A model generated the notes under the pieces. That model was not told where the DNA came from, made no database searches, and worked only from the letters and a program-made list of their open reading frames with translations. Below are positions 10,543-23,669 of a stretch of 64,000 bases of DNA, piece after piece. Every line of letters begins with the position of its first letter. The stretch's first letter is position 1. This stretch comes from Stegostoma tigrinum (taxonomy: Eukaryota): NCBI RefSeq assembly GCF_030684315.1, contig NC_081389.1:18915203-18979202 (forward strand), written 5' to 3'. The translations under genes were made by a program, and so were the position numbers.

Positions 10543-13500
10543 CTGGATTGAAGAGATTTTATTTGGGATTATAAAATTATCAGGTGATACCAAAGCTAAC
10601 AGAATCAGCCCTTTCCTCAGTAGGTACTGTTCAGGGAAGTTACAAACTTGGACAAGATATTGCTGAGCTCAAGCTTTAGAACGTTGTGTGCAATTCTGAC
10701 CTCAACATTACACAGGGAACACAAAGTACTGGAGGCAGTACAATTAAGATTTACTACAATACCTTATCTGAGGGATTCAACCATTGGAAAAAAGAAATCC
10801 AGAACAAGCTGGAAATATTTTCTCTAGAAACAGAGAACAAACGAACTGGTGGTGGATTTTAAAATTACGAAGGGACTTGCAGAGGTAGGTTGGGGGGGGT
10901 GCACATACGGAGGGGAAGGGGTGGAGGAGACGAGTCCAAAATAGAGGGGCTGTAAAATCGCTAATAAAACCAACAAGGGATCCGGGAGTAAATTCATCAC
11001 ATGGCATGTTTCAGCAATTCAGAACAACTGTATTTAGATAGAATAGTGCATGAGGAAGGTAAAAAAAAAGTAGAATACGTGTGTTAATAGGAAGCAGCTG
11101 GGAAAGGGAAACAGCTGGTGTCGTGGATTAACACAGAGACAAACCTAATGGGCTGAATATTCCGTTCCTGTGTCATAAATTCTATGTAATGCAAAGTAAT
11201 CATTTCATTGCAGTGTTGTTACATATTCTCCTCTCTCATCTAACACCAGTGCTTGCTCACACTAAGGTCTGCAATATGCAGTTTGTGTGTGAAGTCAGTT
11301 TCTTGTGGAGCGACAGTACAACCTGCTCTCATCATAAAAGTGTCTGCATTTCTTCACACTCTTTCTTTGAGAGCACAGGAATATAGAAAGAACATCCCTG
11401 CAAAAGCAGAGCTGGAATGCAGGTCTACCCAAAAGATACATTGGTGAATAGCTGCAGAAGATCAAGCATTTCCCAGTGGTACATTGACATTGATTACAGC
11501 TTGAGCCATACCTCTATTTTCATTACTGTGAAATCAGGCACTGGAGGGTCATACACAGAAACACATAGGTCACAAGGATCCCGAACAGATGGAAAGATCT
11601 TCTCCCTTGCTGGGGCAGGTGTGTAATTGAGCATTTCACAAAGCGTCTGAACATCAATGAATTTTGGAGTGAGCCCAGCTCGCACAGTATTATCAGAGCA
11701 TGCCATACATTCTATACAATCTAGAAAATAAAAGAAAATTAATCAATATCTGCTCGTCATTCCACACACTATCACTTGCATAACTCTGCAGTTTAGAGCC
11801 AGAATAGCTGGTGTGTTAGTTGTAGAACCAGATTTTGGATGCTAAATTTTAAAAGTGCAAGTTATATTCGCACTATACAAGCACCAAGTAATCCTTGTCC
11901 CTCTTTGACATTTAATGACATTCCATTGCTGAATCCTGTATCAACATCCTGGGGGGTTATCACTGACCAGAAACTAAACTGAACTAGCTATATGAATAGT
12001 GATTAAGGTTAGGTTAGAGGCTGGGAATACTGTAGCAATTCACAAACTTTCTGACTCCCCAAAGCCATCTACCATCCACAAGGCACAAGATAAGGATTGT
12101 GATGGAATACTCACCACTTGCTTGGATGAATGCAGCTCCAGCAACACTCAAGAATCTCAATGCTCTACAGAACTATAGTTCAACAGCTATGCGTGACTGG
12201 TTCCCATACATCACCTTCAACATTCACACCCTCCATTACTGACTCATTGGCAGCAGTGTGTAATATTTGCAAGATTCTTTGCAGAAACCATAGCAACACT
12301 CCTTTGATATCACCTTCCAGACCTGCAACCTGAAAGGACAAGGGCAAGTGATGCTTGGGAACACCACCAAATACAAGTTCCTCTACAAATCACAAAAGAT
12401 CCTCACATCAAACTATATCGCTGGTGCTTCATTATCGCTTGGTCAAAAATGCTGAATTCCATCCCTAACAGTACTGCAGGTGTATCTACACCACATAAAT
12501 TGTGTAATTCAAGGAGGTAATTCACCCACATCTTCTTAATGACAAGTAGGAATGGACAATAAATGAGGTTGTTGACTTGTCCACTGAGCTGGCTTGTTTT
12601 GGTTCAGATGTTTTGTTACCATGCTAGGTGACATCAGTGGAGCCTCCGCTAAAGTGATATTATTCTACTCCACTTGGAATTTATGCTGTTTAATCCATTC
12701 TGGTGAGTACTATCATTTCTGGTTTTGATCTGTATGGGTTTATATATGAGGTCCAATTCTATATGTTTGTTGATTGAAGTATGGGCCGACAACCATGCCT
12801 CTAGGAATTCCCATGCATTGTCTATGTTTGGCTTGGGCTACTATGGTTACTTTGTCCCAATCAGACAGGAAGGAAAGTAGCTTTCAGAATACACGAACAT
12901 CAGCTAGTAGCAAAACAGCATGATGAACTCTCCTTGATATCTGCACAGACAATGAAGGCCATCAGTTTAACTGGGTCAAAGTAACCATAGGAGCCCAAGC
13001 CAAACGGGCACTTCAAAATTCTGAAAAAGGGTCCAGACCCAAAACGACAGCTTTCCTGCTCCTCTGCTGCTGCCTGGCCTGCTGTACTCATCCAGCTCCA
13101 CACCTTGTTATCTCAGATTCCCCAGCATCGGCAGTTTCCACTATCTCCCAATGATGACAATTATGTTTTTCTCAAAATGAGAGGTTAGAATTTGATCCCT
13201 ATAATACAACAATGCAAACACTGAGCAACCAAATCTTTAAAATTTATTGAGTTAATGTTACAACTTATCATTCATGTCTTGCTATTTTATAAAGAAGTCT
13301 CAAGTCTTACCTCCATACAGATAAGCGTGAGGTTCATTAGCTCCCAGAAACATGGCTTCTCCAGGTTGCAGTTTCACCAGGTTTAGGAAGTAGATGACAA
13401 AACACCCAACGTCCCCTGGAAACTGGGAGTGCAACCGTAGCAAGAGCTCGCCATTACTTCCTGTAGTGTCCTTCCCTGCAGTCTCTACAGAACATGTCAC

Positions 13501-16500
13501 TGTTAGTTTTGAACTGTGGCATGCATTGCGTAATCAGAATGGTAAACACTTCAATCCACAAACATAAAGCACAAAAAGTAGAGGTCTTGTTTTCAGGTGG
13601 CTTGTTTTATCAGCCTCATTGAAGGGCATGCCTGAAATAGTGACCAGTCTTTCTTTGCAAAGCCAACTCACTATTATGCAATTACAACATTTCTCTAAAT
13701 AAGTTTATTTTCAGCATCTGCAGCTTTATGCAGTATTGCAACCACACAGAAGTTGGGATTGCTCTTCAAAGATCAGAGAAGTTTAAAGGAACTTCAAGAG
13801 ATGGGTTCAAAATAGAGGGCTTTGAGAAGACAGAGAAACAGTTTCTACCAGATGAGCAACAGCACACAAATTTAAGATAATTAAAGTCCCAGATGGACCA
13901 TGTAGAGAATTTTTCTTAATGCAGCAAATCATTGCAAGTGCAATGCGCTCTGAAATGATAATTCAATACCAACTCAAAAAAGGAATTTTATAAATATTGG
14001 AAAAGACCAAATATTGCAGGGATATGAAGAAAACTGATAGCATAGAATTTAGTTGTTTAAATTATAGGTCCTAGCCACTAAATGGCAGCTTGCTTCACTT
14101 GGTAACACTTTCAGTTCAAATGTTCAAGCCACATTCCAAGACTGAGCTAAGTTGCAATGAAATACAGACAGCACTGTCACTGTCTTGTAGGTAAGAGATC
14201 TAGACACTGGTAATCCTGTGGATGAAGATCACATAGCACCACCTCAAGAAAAGGAAGTTTTCATGATGTCATAGGTAATATCAGTCTCAGCAATACCAAC
14301 CCAGTAATTCATTCTATTAATGTTGAGGAATCTTGCCATGAGGGATTCTAGAAGGCAGGCAGTCCATTTAGGATTGAGATGAGGAATTTCTTTACTCAGA
14401 GGATTATGAGTCTGAAATTTTCTATGCTACAGGGCTGTGGAGATTTAGTTGTTGAGAATATTCATGACCACGGGTGAGATATTTCTACACAGTAAAAACA
14501 CCAAGGGATGCAGGGATAGTGATGGAAAGTGACATTGAAAATCGGCTACAGTTTCACTGAATGGTGCAGCAGGCCCAATGTGCTGAATGGCCTCCTCCTA
14601 CTAATATTTTAATATATTCAGTGCAATAAAATGGCTATCACATTACTTGCCAACCAACAACTGTATTTCAAGTAATTGCCTGCAGTCATTTCTGACAGAC
14701 AGGACTTGGTAGGCAAATGCAAATATTTGTTTAAGAGTCCTGTATGTCAACAAGCTCACACAAAACTGTTTAAGAAATATTGCACTATGAACATTATCTC
14801 AGTGACTGCAAGTTAATTTATATTTGACTTTATCTCATTTCTTCAGTCAGATCATGAACGCAACAAACCTTCTTGCAACACCCTCTTCACCAGCATGTTT
14901 AGTTGATCAATAAAAGTTTTCTTTTCACAGTTCATCATTCGAGTAAAGCATTTCTTCAAAGCCTCAGATACCTGACGTGGGTCACCAATGCTATTTTCAA
15001 GCACTTCTGCAGCTTCATTGCCAATCACTGCACGGAATTCTGGGACATCTGAAACAAAGCGAAAGCATCTCAAGACATTAAGAGGGTCCAGTGCAGATCA
15101 GATATTTGTTCAGTTTCCATCCCAAAGCAGAAGGCTAGATGATGCTTTGGGTGCAACACTTCATAAGGATTAAGAAAGTAGACATGGGTAAGAGCAACCA
15201 AAACTCCTGTTTGTAATACCAATAATGTTTGAAATGCATAGTGCAACTCTTAAGTGAGGAGTGGGGCAGATCTAAGTGGAAGAACATGCATTGTTGAACA
15301 TCCATACCTGAACTTTTAGAATGGCCATTTACACAAGGAATTGGAGGGTGCTGTTTTAATGAGGGGTCATGATCCCATACAAGTCACTCCCGTTAGGAAA
15401 AGCGACAAAAAAAGGACAATGCAGGTACACTCTCAAATCCAGCTACCAAAACTGGTGTTGTCTCAACATTATTTACAGTTTTTTCCTCAGCTCAAATAGT
15501 TTGTGATGTAGGAAATGGGGACAAATAGGAAAGCGTCATTAAATCCAAAACATTTGAAGTGAATTAATGACAGCAGCAATCTGGCAATTAAGATGACCTG
15601 CTTTGCAATCACAGCAACTAATTTTCACGTATTCCCTGTTCACTGGCTTAAGGTTTTCCGATTTTAATTAACATGGTCCAAACCTCTTGCTAAGAAACAC
15701 AAGTTCCAAAATCTATCGTGTTTTCAGACTGAGGCGGAGTAAGATTTGAGAGAGTCTACCTACATCAGAAGATTAAAAAAAAAGCTAAGGGCCTTAAACA
15801 ATTTTTTTTTAAATTTGGATTTTGTTGATGTGCTCTTCTATTATCTCTGGTACAAACCAATGATATTGGAACACATTTGTGTTAATGTTATAAACAGATA
15901 TCCCAGCTGTAAGGGCTCAATTTAATAATAGAAAGAATCTATATTTATCCAGGACTTCATAACATCCTCAATTCATCAAAGATATTTACAGCTCAGGGAA
16001 GAACACCCAGCATCTACGGAGGTAAATTCAGCAACCAACTTGCATTAGTAATGTCTGACAAATAGCATAACATTTTGTCAAATAGTGACATGATACTTCA
16101 TGTCCACCAGAATAGGCAAACCATTGGTACAGTAATAATACAGCCTTCTGTATTACTACAATATATTAGCCCAGATGTCCTCAAGACTTTTGTGAACCCT
16201 GAAGTACAACGTTTGTCTTGAAAGTAACAGTACTACCAAATCAGAGTACTGATAACAGCTTGTGTGAAGTCCGCACATTACCCATGAGATTCCATGGCAT
16301 AACAACAAGGTGGTGCGTTTAGAACATGGGAAAAGGGCGATGTTTAATCCAGAGGTCTATGATTAAGATTCCCTAGTGTTCTTACCAATACATGTCAGAA
16401 ATCCTCTTACTTTTCAGAAATCCAATAATTTCCTCCACTGGTTTAAATCCACACAGCCCTTCAAACGGGGTCAGTGCAATGGCCATTTCTGGTTTGTGAT

Positions 16501-19500
16501 TTTTATCCGGATAGCGATCCGGAAACTGAGTGTGCAGTTGTACAGCTAATTCCTGAAAAAGGCATAAACTTTGTTAAACTATGATTAATGCAGCACTGAA
16601 TGATCTAGGAAGAAACAGTATAAAGCTCCTAATAATTCAGTATAGAGTGCTGATTCCTGTAGAAACATATTACGTATATATTTTTCAAATGCTTAAGCTT
16701 TGAGACACTGATGATGTCCCTCCAAATGTAGCAAAATCTGAGGATCAATTTCTGACTAAACAGTGTGGAATCACAAATTTACCCCACCAACTTAGAAGGT
16801 GGCCTGCTTCAATATTTCTAGCAAACTCCTTACTAAATGCATTAGTAACATATTCATAACTGTAAAACAGTAAAAATAAAAGTAGATTTTATTTATATAA
16901 TCTCCCACTGGCTTAACTTCAATTTTCAACTTAGAACAGTCTGTCTTGAAGTGCTCACATAAATGAAAATCAGCTATACTTGGCAGTTTGCAGCAGTTAA
17001 GTTAAGGATAGTTGAGTCTGGCAGAAAGCTAAATACAATTGATCAATCATCCTTAGCTGGAATTTAAAGTACCAGAGATAATAGAAGAGCACATCAACAC
17101 TCTCCATAAATCAACCATGTTTCAAACAAAAAGGTCTAAAAATGTAAATATTTGCTTCATATTTGGAAACACTAAATTCCGTGCTCAATCACTGTGAATG
17201 ACAGTTCAATGCATTCTCGTTCATTCTAAACCACTGATTTTGTCAAGGTAACAAAATAAGCAGCTTGCCATTCCACAGAAATGATTTTCACTAAACTCGT
17301 GTTTAGTGTCCCCCAAAAAAAGCATCAAAATAACCACAGTGATAATGGGAACTGCAGATGCTGGAGAATCCAAGATAATAAAATGTGAAGCTGGATGAAC
17401 ACAGCAGGCCAAGCAGCTCTCTGATGAAGGGTCTAGGCCCGAAACGTCAGCTTTTGTGCTCCTGGGATGCTGCTTGGCCTGTTGTGTTCATCCAGCTTCA
17501 CATTTTATTATCAAAATAACCACAGTTGGATCCAACTGTCAATATTATCCAAGACAAAACTGGGGCCCATGACAAAGTACCAGAATTCATTAGGTTTTGT
17601 TAAGTCTAGTGCCGTACAAACATCCAGTTCTGATAGCTCAATATTTTCTGACCAGAAGAATGTTTCTTCACATTGCTAGATCCCAAAAGAATAATTATTG
17701 TGAAACAAAAGAACTCGTTTCTTATAGTCAACTGTTCCCACCTTTAAAGGTCAGGTGGGGCAGCTGCAAATGTATCAACATTTGGGGATGCAAATAACTG
17801 CTGACAGTATGTTTTGTCATCAACTCAATAACCTTTGAAAATGACAGTTATGCGGAAAACTAAGTACTGCTCTCAAATTCTGAACAAGCCCATACTTATA
17901 AGATTCCGGATGTATAAAAATTAATTCCACGATCAAAGTGCTCAATTTACATAACATGATACTTGCCCAGTTGATGGGAAACAGTTAACCACTTCTTCAC
18001 TTACTTTGGTTGGATGAGCTTGAATAGATAATGAAATGTTGACCGAAAGCACCTTGAACAGAAAGGGAAGCTGCCCTTGGAAAATATCCTTCACCTTTGA
18101 TCCCAAACAGTCAGGATGCTTGGCAATCCATTCCCCAAGAGTTTTCTGGGGAATTCTGTTGTCACAGATAATGGCATCTCCTTTGGGATGCGCTCCCATC
18201 CATAGCTAATAGAAAATCACAACAATTTTTGTTTAAAAATCACTTTTCAGCTAATCATTCCTGTATTTCCCTTAATTATTTCACACATTTTAGTCCTCTC
18301 GTGCTTTAAATGTTATTCATTAACAAGGTAACACCAGGTAATTTGCAATATGTTAGGAATAATTTCATGTTGGCAAGTCATTTATTTTATAAATGCTACC
18401 ATTTGAAACTAACAACATTCTTTTATTTCCAAATGAACTGTAGGAATCCCAGTGTTGGCCAAAGCAAAGAAGTAGGATTTACCACACAACAGATTTGTTT
18501 GCTTCTCAAATTTTAATCAATCAGAATAGAGTGCTGAACTGATACAAAAGTAGGAAGAACAATTCTTTTCTGTACCAGTCAATGAGTGAGGTAGCACATT
18601 GAGCAAACTTCTGGGATTAGTGAAGAAAGTTTTGTACTGGTATTTGCTGGGTTGAAAATTGTTGGCCTGACTACAGGCTAAATTAAATTGTACACCAATA
18701 TTAGATAAATATGGATCAGTAAAGCCAAATCATCTACATATATCTTCTTGAAGAAACTTGTTTAACATCCCATCAAAAAAAGGCAATGCAGCTTGTGTCA
18801 CATGGCATAAAAAGTGCCATAGATTGTGTGTTCAAATCTTTGAAATCGACACAAAAATTGACAGCTGAAATGTCTTTTGCTGGGTCATGTTGATTTGAAC
18901 ATTCCTTAACTACCTACTTAATTATTCTTAAGATGGAGCTCCAAGCACAGTATTAGAGATTGGCATCACGTGAATGACCCACATTATCTAGCGTCAGATC
19001 TGCCCAGTTTCAAGCAGAACTGCTGACAGGTAAAATCTGAGCCTTCCAAAGCACAAACTCTGGGTAACCAGCTCAGAGCAGCAAGGTTGGAGGCCAGAGA
19101 GGTATCAGCATTATAATGCACAGGGAAATAAAGCTCACTCACTCCCAAGAAAACGAGTTACTGACACCACAGGGCTCTTTGAAAGTTAACCCCAATGTGC
19201 CTCTATGTAAAACAACAACCTTGGATTTTGTTCGTACAATGTGAAGGGAATTAAAGTACCTCAGCATAGGGTTTCTCCTGCTCAATGGGTATGGAGGGAT
19301 CATCACTTAAAGTGAGTTTTGCCACCTCACTCTCCAGGCCAACCTTCCCCCAGGCATAATGCTGCACAGCACACTTCAGCGGGAACACTGGAGAAACAAG
19401 AGATTGAAGATAACTATTGGTCTGCAAATAACAAAGGGTAAGTAGAAGGGATGGGATGCGGGGAAAAGAGAGAAACAGGGGATCGGGTGGGGGAGAGAGA

Positions 19501-20026
19501 GAGAAACAGGGGATCGGGTGGGGGAGAGAGAGAGAAACAGGGGATCGGGTGGGGGGAGAGAAACAGGGGATCGGGTGGGGGGAGAGAAACAGGGGATCGG
19601 GTGGGGGGAGAGAAACAGGGGATCGGGTGGGGGAGAGAAACAGGGATTGGGGGAAGAGAAACAGGGATTGGGGGAAGAGAAACAGGGGTGGGGTGCAGTC
19701 GTTTGAGGGGGGCAATTGGGGTTTGGGTTGCGGATGGAGAACGAAGAGAGTGCTGTTTGAACCTCACTGCTTCTGCCTCAGTGGGACATAATACCAACAA
19801 GAGCCACATCCAAAAGCTGCGGCAGTGAGGCCGCTGTCCCTGAAGCCCCGCACTTGGCCCTTACTGTGACCTATAAACCGGCACAACTGTCCGCCTTCAC
19901 CGAACCCCCAAATCACACCCTCCTGCCTACAGTCTCCCTAGACGCCCTATGTGACCATCACTTAGTGCCGCCAGTCCCCTGATGTTAACCGGGTGTGAAA
20001 CTGCGCTCACCATTCACCGCCGCCAT
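10330..20026 (-). CDS. MPI: Mannose-6-phosphate isomerase, 8 coding exons, 1263-nt CDS (420 aa)
   Basis: Motifs [50 protein letters not shown]; all introns GT-AG with consistent phases. Confidence 0.98.
11512..11720 (-). CDS. MPI: MPI exon 7 ([20 protein letters not shown]...MKIE)
   Basis: 209 nt, ctag|AT and GAG|gtatgg. Confidence 0.96.
12574..13147. mobile_element. Composite: minus-strand 3' end of a Poseidon/Penelope-type PLE, an inverted piece of the same element, and a long-ended pLTR of a different family
   Basis: Minus strand encodes [31 protein letters not shown]; plus strand 12884-13010 encodes RIHEHQL...[12 protein letters not shown]; pLTR at 13018-13147. Confidence 0.7.
13311..13484 (-). 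CDS. MPI: MPI exon 6 (ETAGKD...FPGDVGCF...EPHAYLYG)
   Basis: 174 nt, gtag|AG and GAG|gtaaga. Confidence 0.95.
14869..15048 (-). CDS. MPI: MPI exon 5 (VPEFRAVIG...VKRVLQE)
   Basis: 180 nt, ttcag|AT and AAG|gtttgt. Confidence 0.93.
16411..16552 (-). CDS. MPI: MPI exon 4 (ELAVQLH...[19 protein letters not shown]...)
   Basis: 142 nt, ttcag|GAA and AAA|gtaaga. Confidence 0.96.
17341..17509. mobile_element. Fold-back pLTR mini-insertion (long arm left, short arm right), 17-bp TSD
   Basis: ATCAAAATAACCACAGT at 17324-17340 and 17510-17526; intact hammerhead core at 17421-17448. Confidence 0.92.
18005..18205 (-). CDS. MPI: MPI exon 3 (LWMGAHPKG...LSIQAHPTK)
   Basis: 201 nt, ttag|CTA and AAA|gtaagt. 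Confidence 0.96.
19260..19387 (-). CDS. MPI: MPI exon 2 ([14 protein letters not shown]...KPYAE)
   Basis: 128 nt, ccag|TG and GAG|gtactt. Confidence 0.96.
19466..19692. repeat. G-rich minisatellite, about 8 units of GAGAGAAACAGGGGATCGGGTGGGG, in MPI intron 1
   Basis: Directly visible tandem units of ~21-32 nt. Confidence 0.95.
20011..20026 (-). CDS. MPI: MPI exon 1 coding part (ATG GCG GCG GTG AAT G)
   Basis: 16-nt phase-1 exon with G|gtgagc donor that restores the frame into exon 2; GTGATGG start context; CpG-rich. Confidence 0.88.
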
Positions 20027-20135
20027 CACCTACACTCCGGCCGACATGCGCCAAACCGCATCATCACAGGGTTCCGCAGTCACGTGATGGTCGCTGCCGT
20101 GGTGTCTGCCGGGACTTGTAGTCCCGCCCTCAAAG
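20027..20135 (-). promoter_or_regulatory. MPI promoter: E-box/CLEAR-like GTCACGTGAT (20079-20088), ACTACAnnTCCC (ZNF143/THAP11-type) motif at 20111-20125, GC box
   Basis: Motif matches in CpG-rich DNA immediately upstream of the ATG. Confidence 0.65.
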
Positions 20136-20154
20136 TCGAGTTAGTTCTGGAGGA

Positions 20155-20371
20155 TAATGAAATGTGGGCTGGATGAACACAGCAGGCTCAGCAGCATCTC
20201 AGGAGCACAAAAGCTGACGTTTCGGGCCTAGACCCTTCCTCTCTGACGAAGGGTCTAGGCACGAAACGTCAGCTTTTGTGCTCCTGAGATGCTACTTGGC
20301 CTGCTGTGTTCATCCAGCCTCACATTTCATTATCTTGGATTCTCCAGCATCTGCAGTTTCCATTATCACTC
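20155..20371. mobile_element. Fold-back pLTR mini-insertion (short arm left, long arm right), 12-bp TSD, adjacent to the MPI promoter
   Basis: AGTTCTGGAGGA at 20143-20154 and 20372-20383; ~85-bp near-perfect hairpin. Confidence 0.92.
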
Positions 20372-20959
20372 AGTTCTGGAGGACGCAAGATCACAAAAAG
20401 CTGGTAAAAGGAAGTATAGTAAAGTTAGGCAACGTGTGCACAGACAAAGATAAGCCGAGTTAAGTTTGTTGCTGGTAACAGGTCACAGATCTGAAATGTC
20501 AATCGTCTTTATCTCTCCACACAGACACAGCTTAAACTCGCCACTGAGGTTGCTCCCCCAGCAGTGTTATGTTTTTCTCTCAGTTTTCCAGCGTCCACAG
20601 TATTCTGCTTTTTCGATTTCTGTTTTAGATGAAATTGCAGTTTAAACTGATATGCAATGCTGAGTCTTGGTGCTTTCACCAAAGATTCGTTGGAATGAAA
20701 GTGCTTCATAAGACTCACTTTTCCCAACCTAATTTTAGATTGTTAACAGAAATTCTCACATTTTTCATGTAATTTAGCATATTCTCTGGACTTCTAAGGC
20801 ACTGCAACTTCTCTGAAATGTTATATTTGTTACGCAGACAAACGTGATAACCAGTTCATTAAAAGTCATGTTGGTCAAAGCATTCAGAAATCTTGTTTTT
20901 CTGATTAGTAATTTTAATCCACTTGACGAGGTATACAATTTCTTGCACCATGTCATCAA

Positions 20960-23345
20960 ACATATACTGGAACTGTCATAGTGTTAACGGCTTAGGTGGA
21001 GAGGAATTTGTTACGTATGTACAAGAACATTTTCTTATTTATTTTGTTGATGTTCCTACGAGAGAAGGAGCAAAACCTGGCCTTTTCTTGGGAAATAGGC
21101 AGGGCAACTGACTGAGGTGTCAGTGGGGGAGCACTTTGGGACCAGTGACCATAAATGTATAAGCCATGGTATGTTATAGTTATGGGAAAGGATAGTTATC
21201 TAATCTAAAAGTGAAAGTTCTAAGTTGGAGTAAGGCCAATTTTGACGCTACTAGGCAGGAACTTTCAAAACTTGACTGGGAGAGGCTATTTGCAGGTAAA
21301 GTGATGGTTGGAAAGTGGGAGGCCTTCAAAATGAGACAACAAGGGCTCAGAGACAATATGTTCCTGTTAGCATGAAGGGCAAGGCTGGCAGGTGTTGGGA
21401 ATGCTAGATGACTGGAGAAATTGAGGTTCTGGTCAACAAAGAGAGGCAATGTTGGGTATAGCTCCGATGAAGGGTCTAGGCCCAAAACGTCAGCTTTTGT
21501 GCTCCTGAGATGCTGCTTGGCCTGCTGTGTTCATCCAGTTTCTCACTTTGTTATCAATGTTGGGTATAGACAGCTGGGATCACGTAAATCCCTAGAAAAG
21601 TATAAGGACAGTAGGAGTATACCTAAGAGGGAAATAAAGTGGCAAAAAAGGCACGTGATAGTTTTGGCAAATAAAGTTATGGAGAATCCAAGGAGATTTT
21701 ACAAATAATTAGCACAAAAAAGTAAGTAGGGAGAGATTAGGACCCCTTAAAACTCAATAAAACTATCTATGTATGGAACCACAGGAGATCAGTGAGATAC
21801 TAAAACTAATATTTTGTTTTAATATTTACTGAGAAACACATGAAATCTAAAGAACTTGGGAAATAAATTGATGAGAAACCACACAACAACAGGTATCATC
21901 CAACAAGTTTATTTGAATACACATCATGAAATAAATAGTGATATCTTGAAAAGGTGCTGGATATCTTCAACTACATAAAGGCAAATAAATACTGATTATG
22001 TGTATCCCTCAACTTTGTGAGAAGTTAGAGAAGAGACTGCTGGGCCCCTTGCAGTGATGTTTGTAACATCGATAGCCATAGGTGAAGTGCTGGAAGACTG
22101 AAAATTATCTAATGTGGTGCCATTATTTAACAAAGGTAGTCAGGAAAACCAGGAACTATAGACTGGTATGTCTGACATCAGTGGTGGATAAGTTGTTGGA
22201 GGGGACTCTGAGAGACAGGGCTTACATGCATTTGGAAAGACAAGGACTAATTAGGGAAAATCAACATGGCTTTGTGCATGGGAAGTCATGTTCCACTAAC
22301 TTGATTGAGTCTTTTGAACAAGTAACAAAGAAGTTTTATGAAGGCAGAGTGGTGGATGTTGTCTATATGGGTTTCTGCAAAGTGTTCAGCAAGGTTCCGC
22401 GTGGCAGTCTAGTTAGCAAAGTTAGATCAGATGGAACCAGCCAATTGGATACATAATTGGCTTGAAGGTAGGAGACAGAGGGTGGTGATGGACTGGAGGC
22501 CTGTGACCAGCGGTGTACCACAGCTATCAGTGCTGAATCCACTGCTTTTCATTATTTAAAGAAATGAATTTGGATGTGAATATGAGGTATGGATAGTATG
22601 TTTGCAGATGACACCAAAATTGGTAGTGTAGTTGATGTGAAGAAGGGAACAGAGTATTAAAACAGGTAAGTCTTGCTAGGACCTAGTCAGAACACAGCTG
22701 GAATACTGTGAACAGTTTTTCACCCCTTAGGAAAGATATACTGGCTTTGTAGGCAGTGCAGAAATGATTCACTTTGTTCATTCTGGTTATGGAGAGATTT
22801 TCGTATGAGAAGTGGATAAGTAGATTAGGCTCAGAGTAAGAATTGCAGATGCTGGAGTCAGAGATAATACAGTGTGGAGCTGGAGGAACACAGCAGGCCA
22901 GGCTGTGTCGGAGGAGCAGGAAAGTTGATGTTTCAGGTCGGGACCCTTCTTCTTGTTCTCATTGGAGTTCATAAGAAATAAAGGTGACCATATTGAAACA
23001 TGTGAGATTCTTTGGGTGCTTGGCAGGGCAGATGAGAAGACTCTCAGACCAGAAGGCATCATCTCAGAGTAAGGAGTTGCCCATTAAAGACCGAGATAAG
23101 GATTTTTTTTCCCTCTCAGGGGATGTTGAATCTATGGAATTCTTTACCTCAGAGCCGTTGAGGCTGAGTTGTCAAGATTTTTCAAAGCTACAAAAGATTT
23201 CTAATGTTTAAGGGAATGAAATGTTATGGAGAAAAGACAAGATAGTGAAGTTGAGGATTATCAGATCAGTCAGTTTCATTGAATGGTGGAGAAGACTTGA
23301 TGGACTGAATGGCCTATTGTGCTTTTATGCATTATGGTCTTAGCA
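20960..23345 (+). mobile_element. Decayed CR1 (HER1-like) LINE ORF2 fragments with nested pLTR insertions (21462-21554, ~21872-21927, ~22833-22952)
   Basis: NYRLVCLTSVVDKLLE, QHGFVHGKSCSTNL, VDVVYMGFCKVFSKVP, FADDTK-like motifs with stops and frameshifts; CR1 tail. Confidence 0.88.
21462..21554 (+). mobile_element. 93-bp pLTR micro-insertion (hammerhead region to short end), 15-bp TSD
   Basis: CAATGTTGGGTATAG at 21447-21461 and 21555-21569. Confidence 0.9.
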
Positions 23346-23669
23346 TGTTGAAAGGTGAAGCAGAAATGACAGGCCAAATGGTCTGTTACTGCTCATCTGT
23401 AGTGCTGTAAAGTTCTGTAATTTTGTGTATCTGCTTGGGTTGTGTGCTCAAACTCAGGATTGTGGCTAGTCTCCACAATCGTCTGACCACCTGAGAATTT
23501 AAAGATAAAGTCTTTAAACAGTGATAGTATAACAGTTTTTACAGCATGGAGAGAGGCCTTTCAGCCCATCTTTTCTGTACCAGCCAATAAACATCTATTC
23601 TAATACTATTTCCAGCAGTGGCCTTGTATGTTATGGCATTTAAGTGTTGATCTGAAGAGTTCTTAAATG

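Noticed and set aside
19251-19828. Several 110-150 aa ORFs on both strands
   Set aside because: They are translations of the minisatellite; only 19260-19387 is a real MPI exon.
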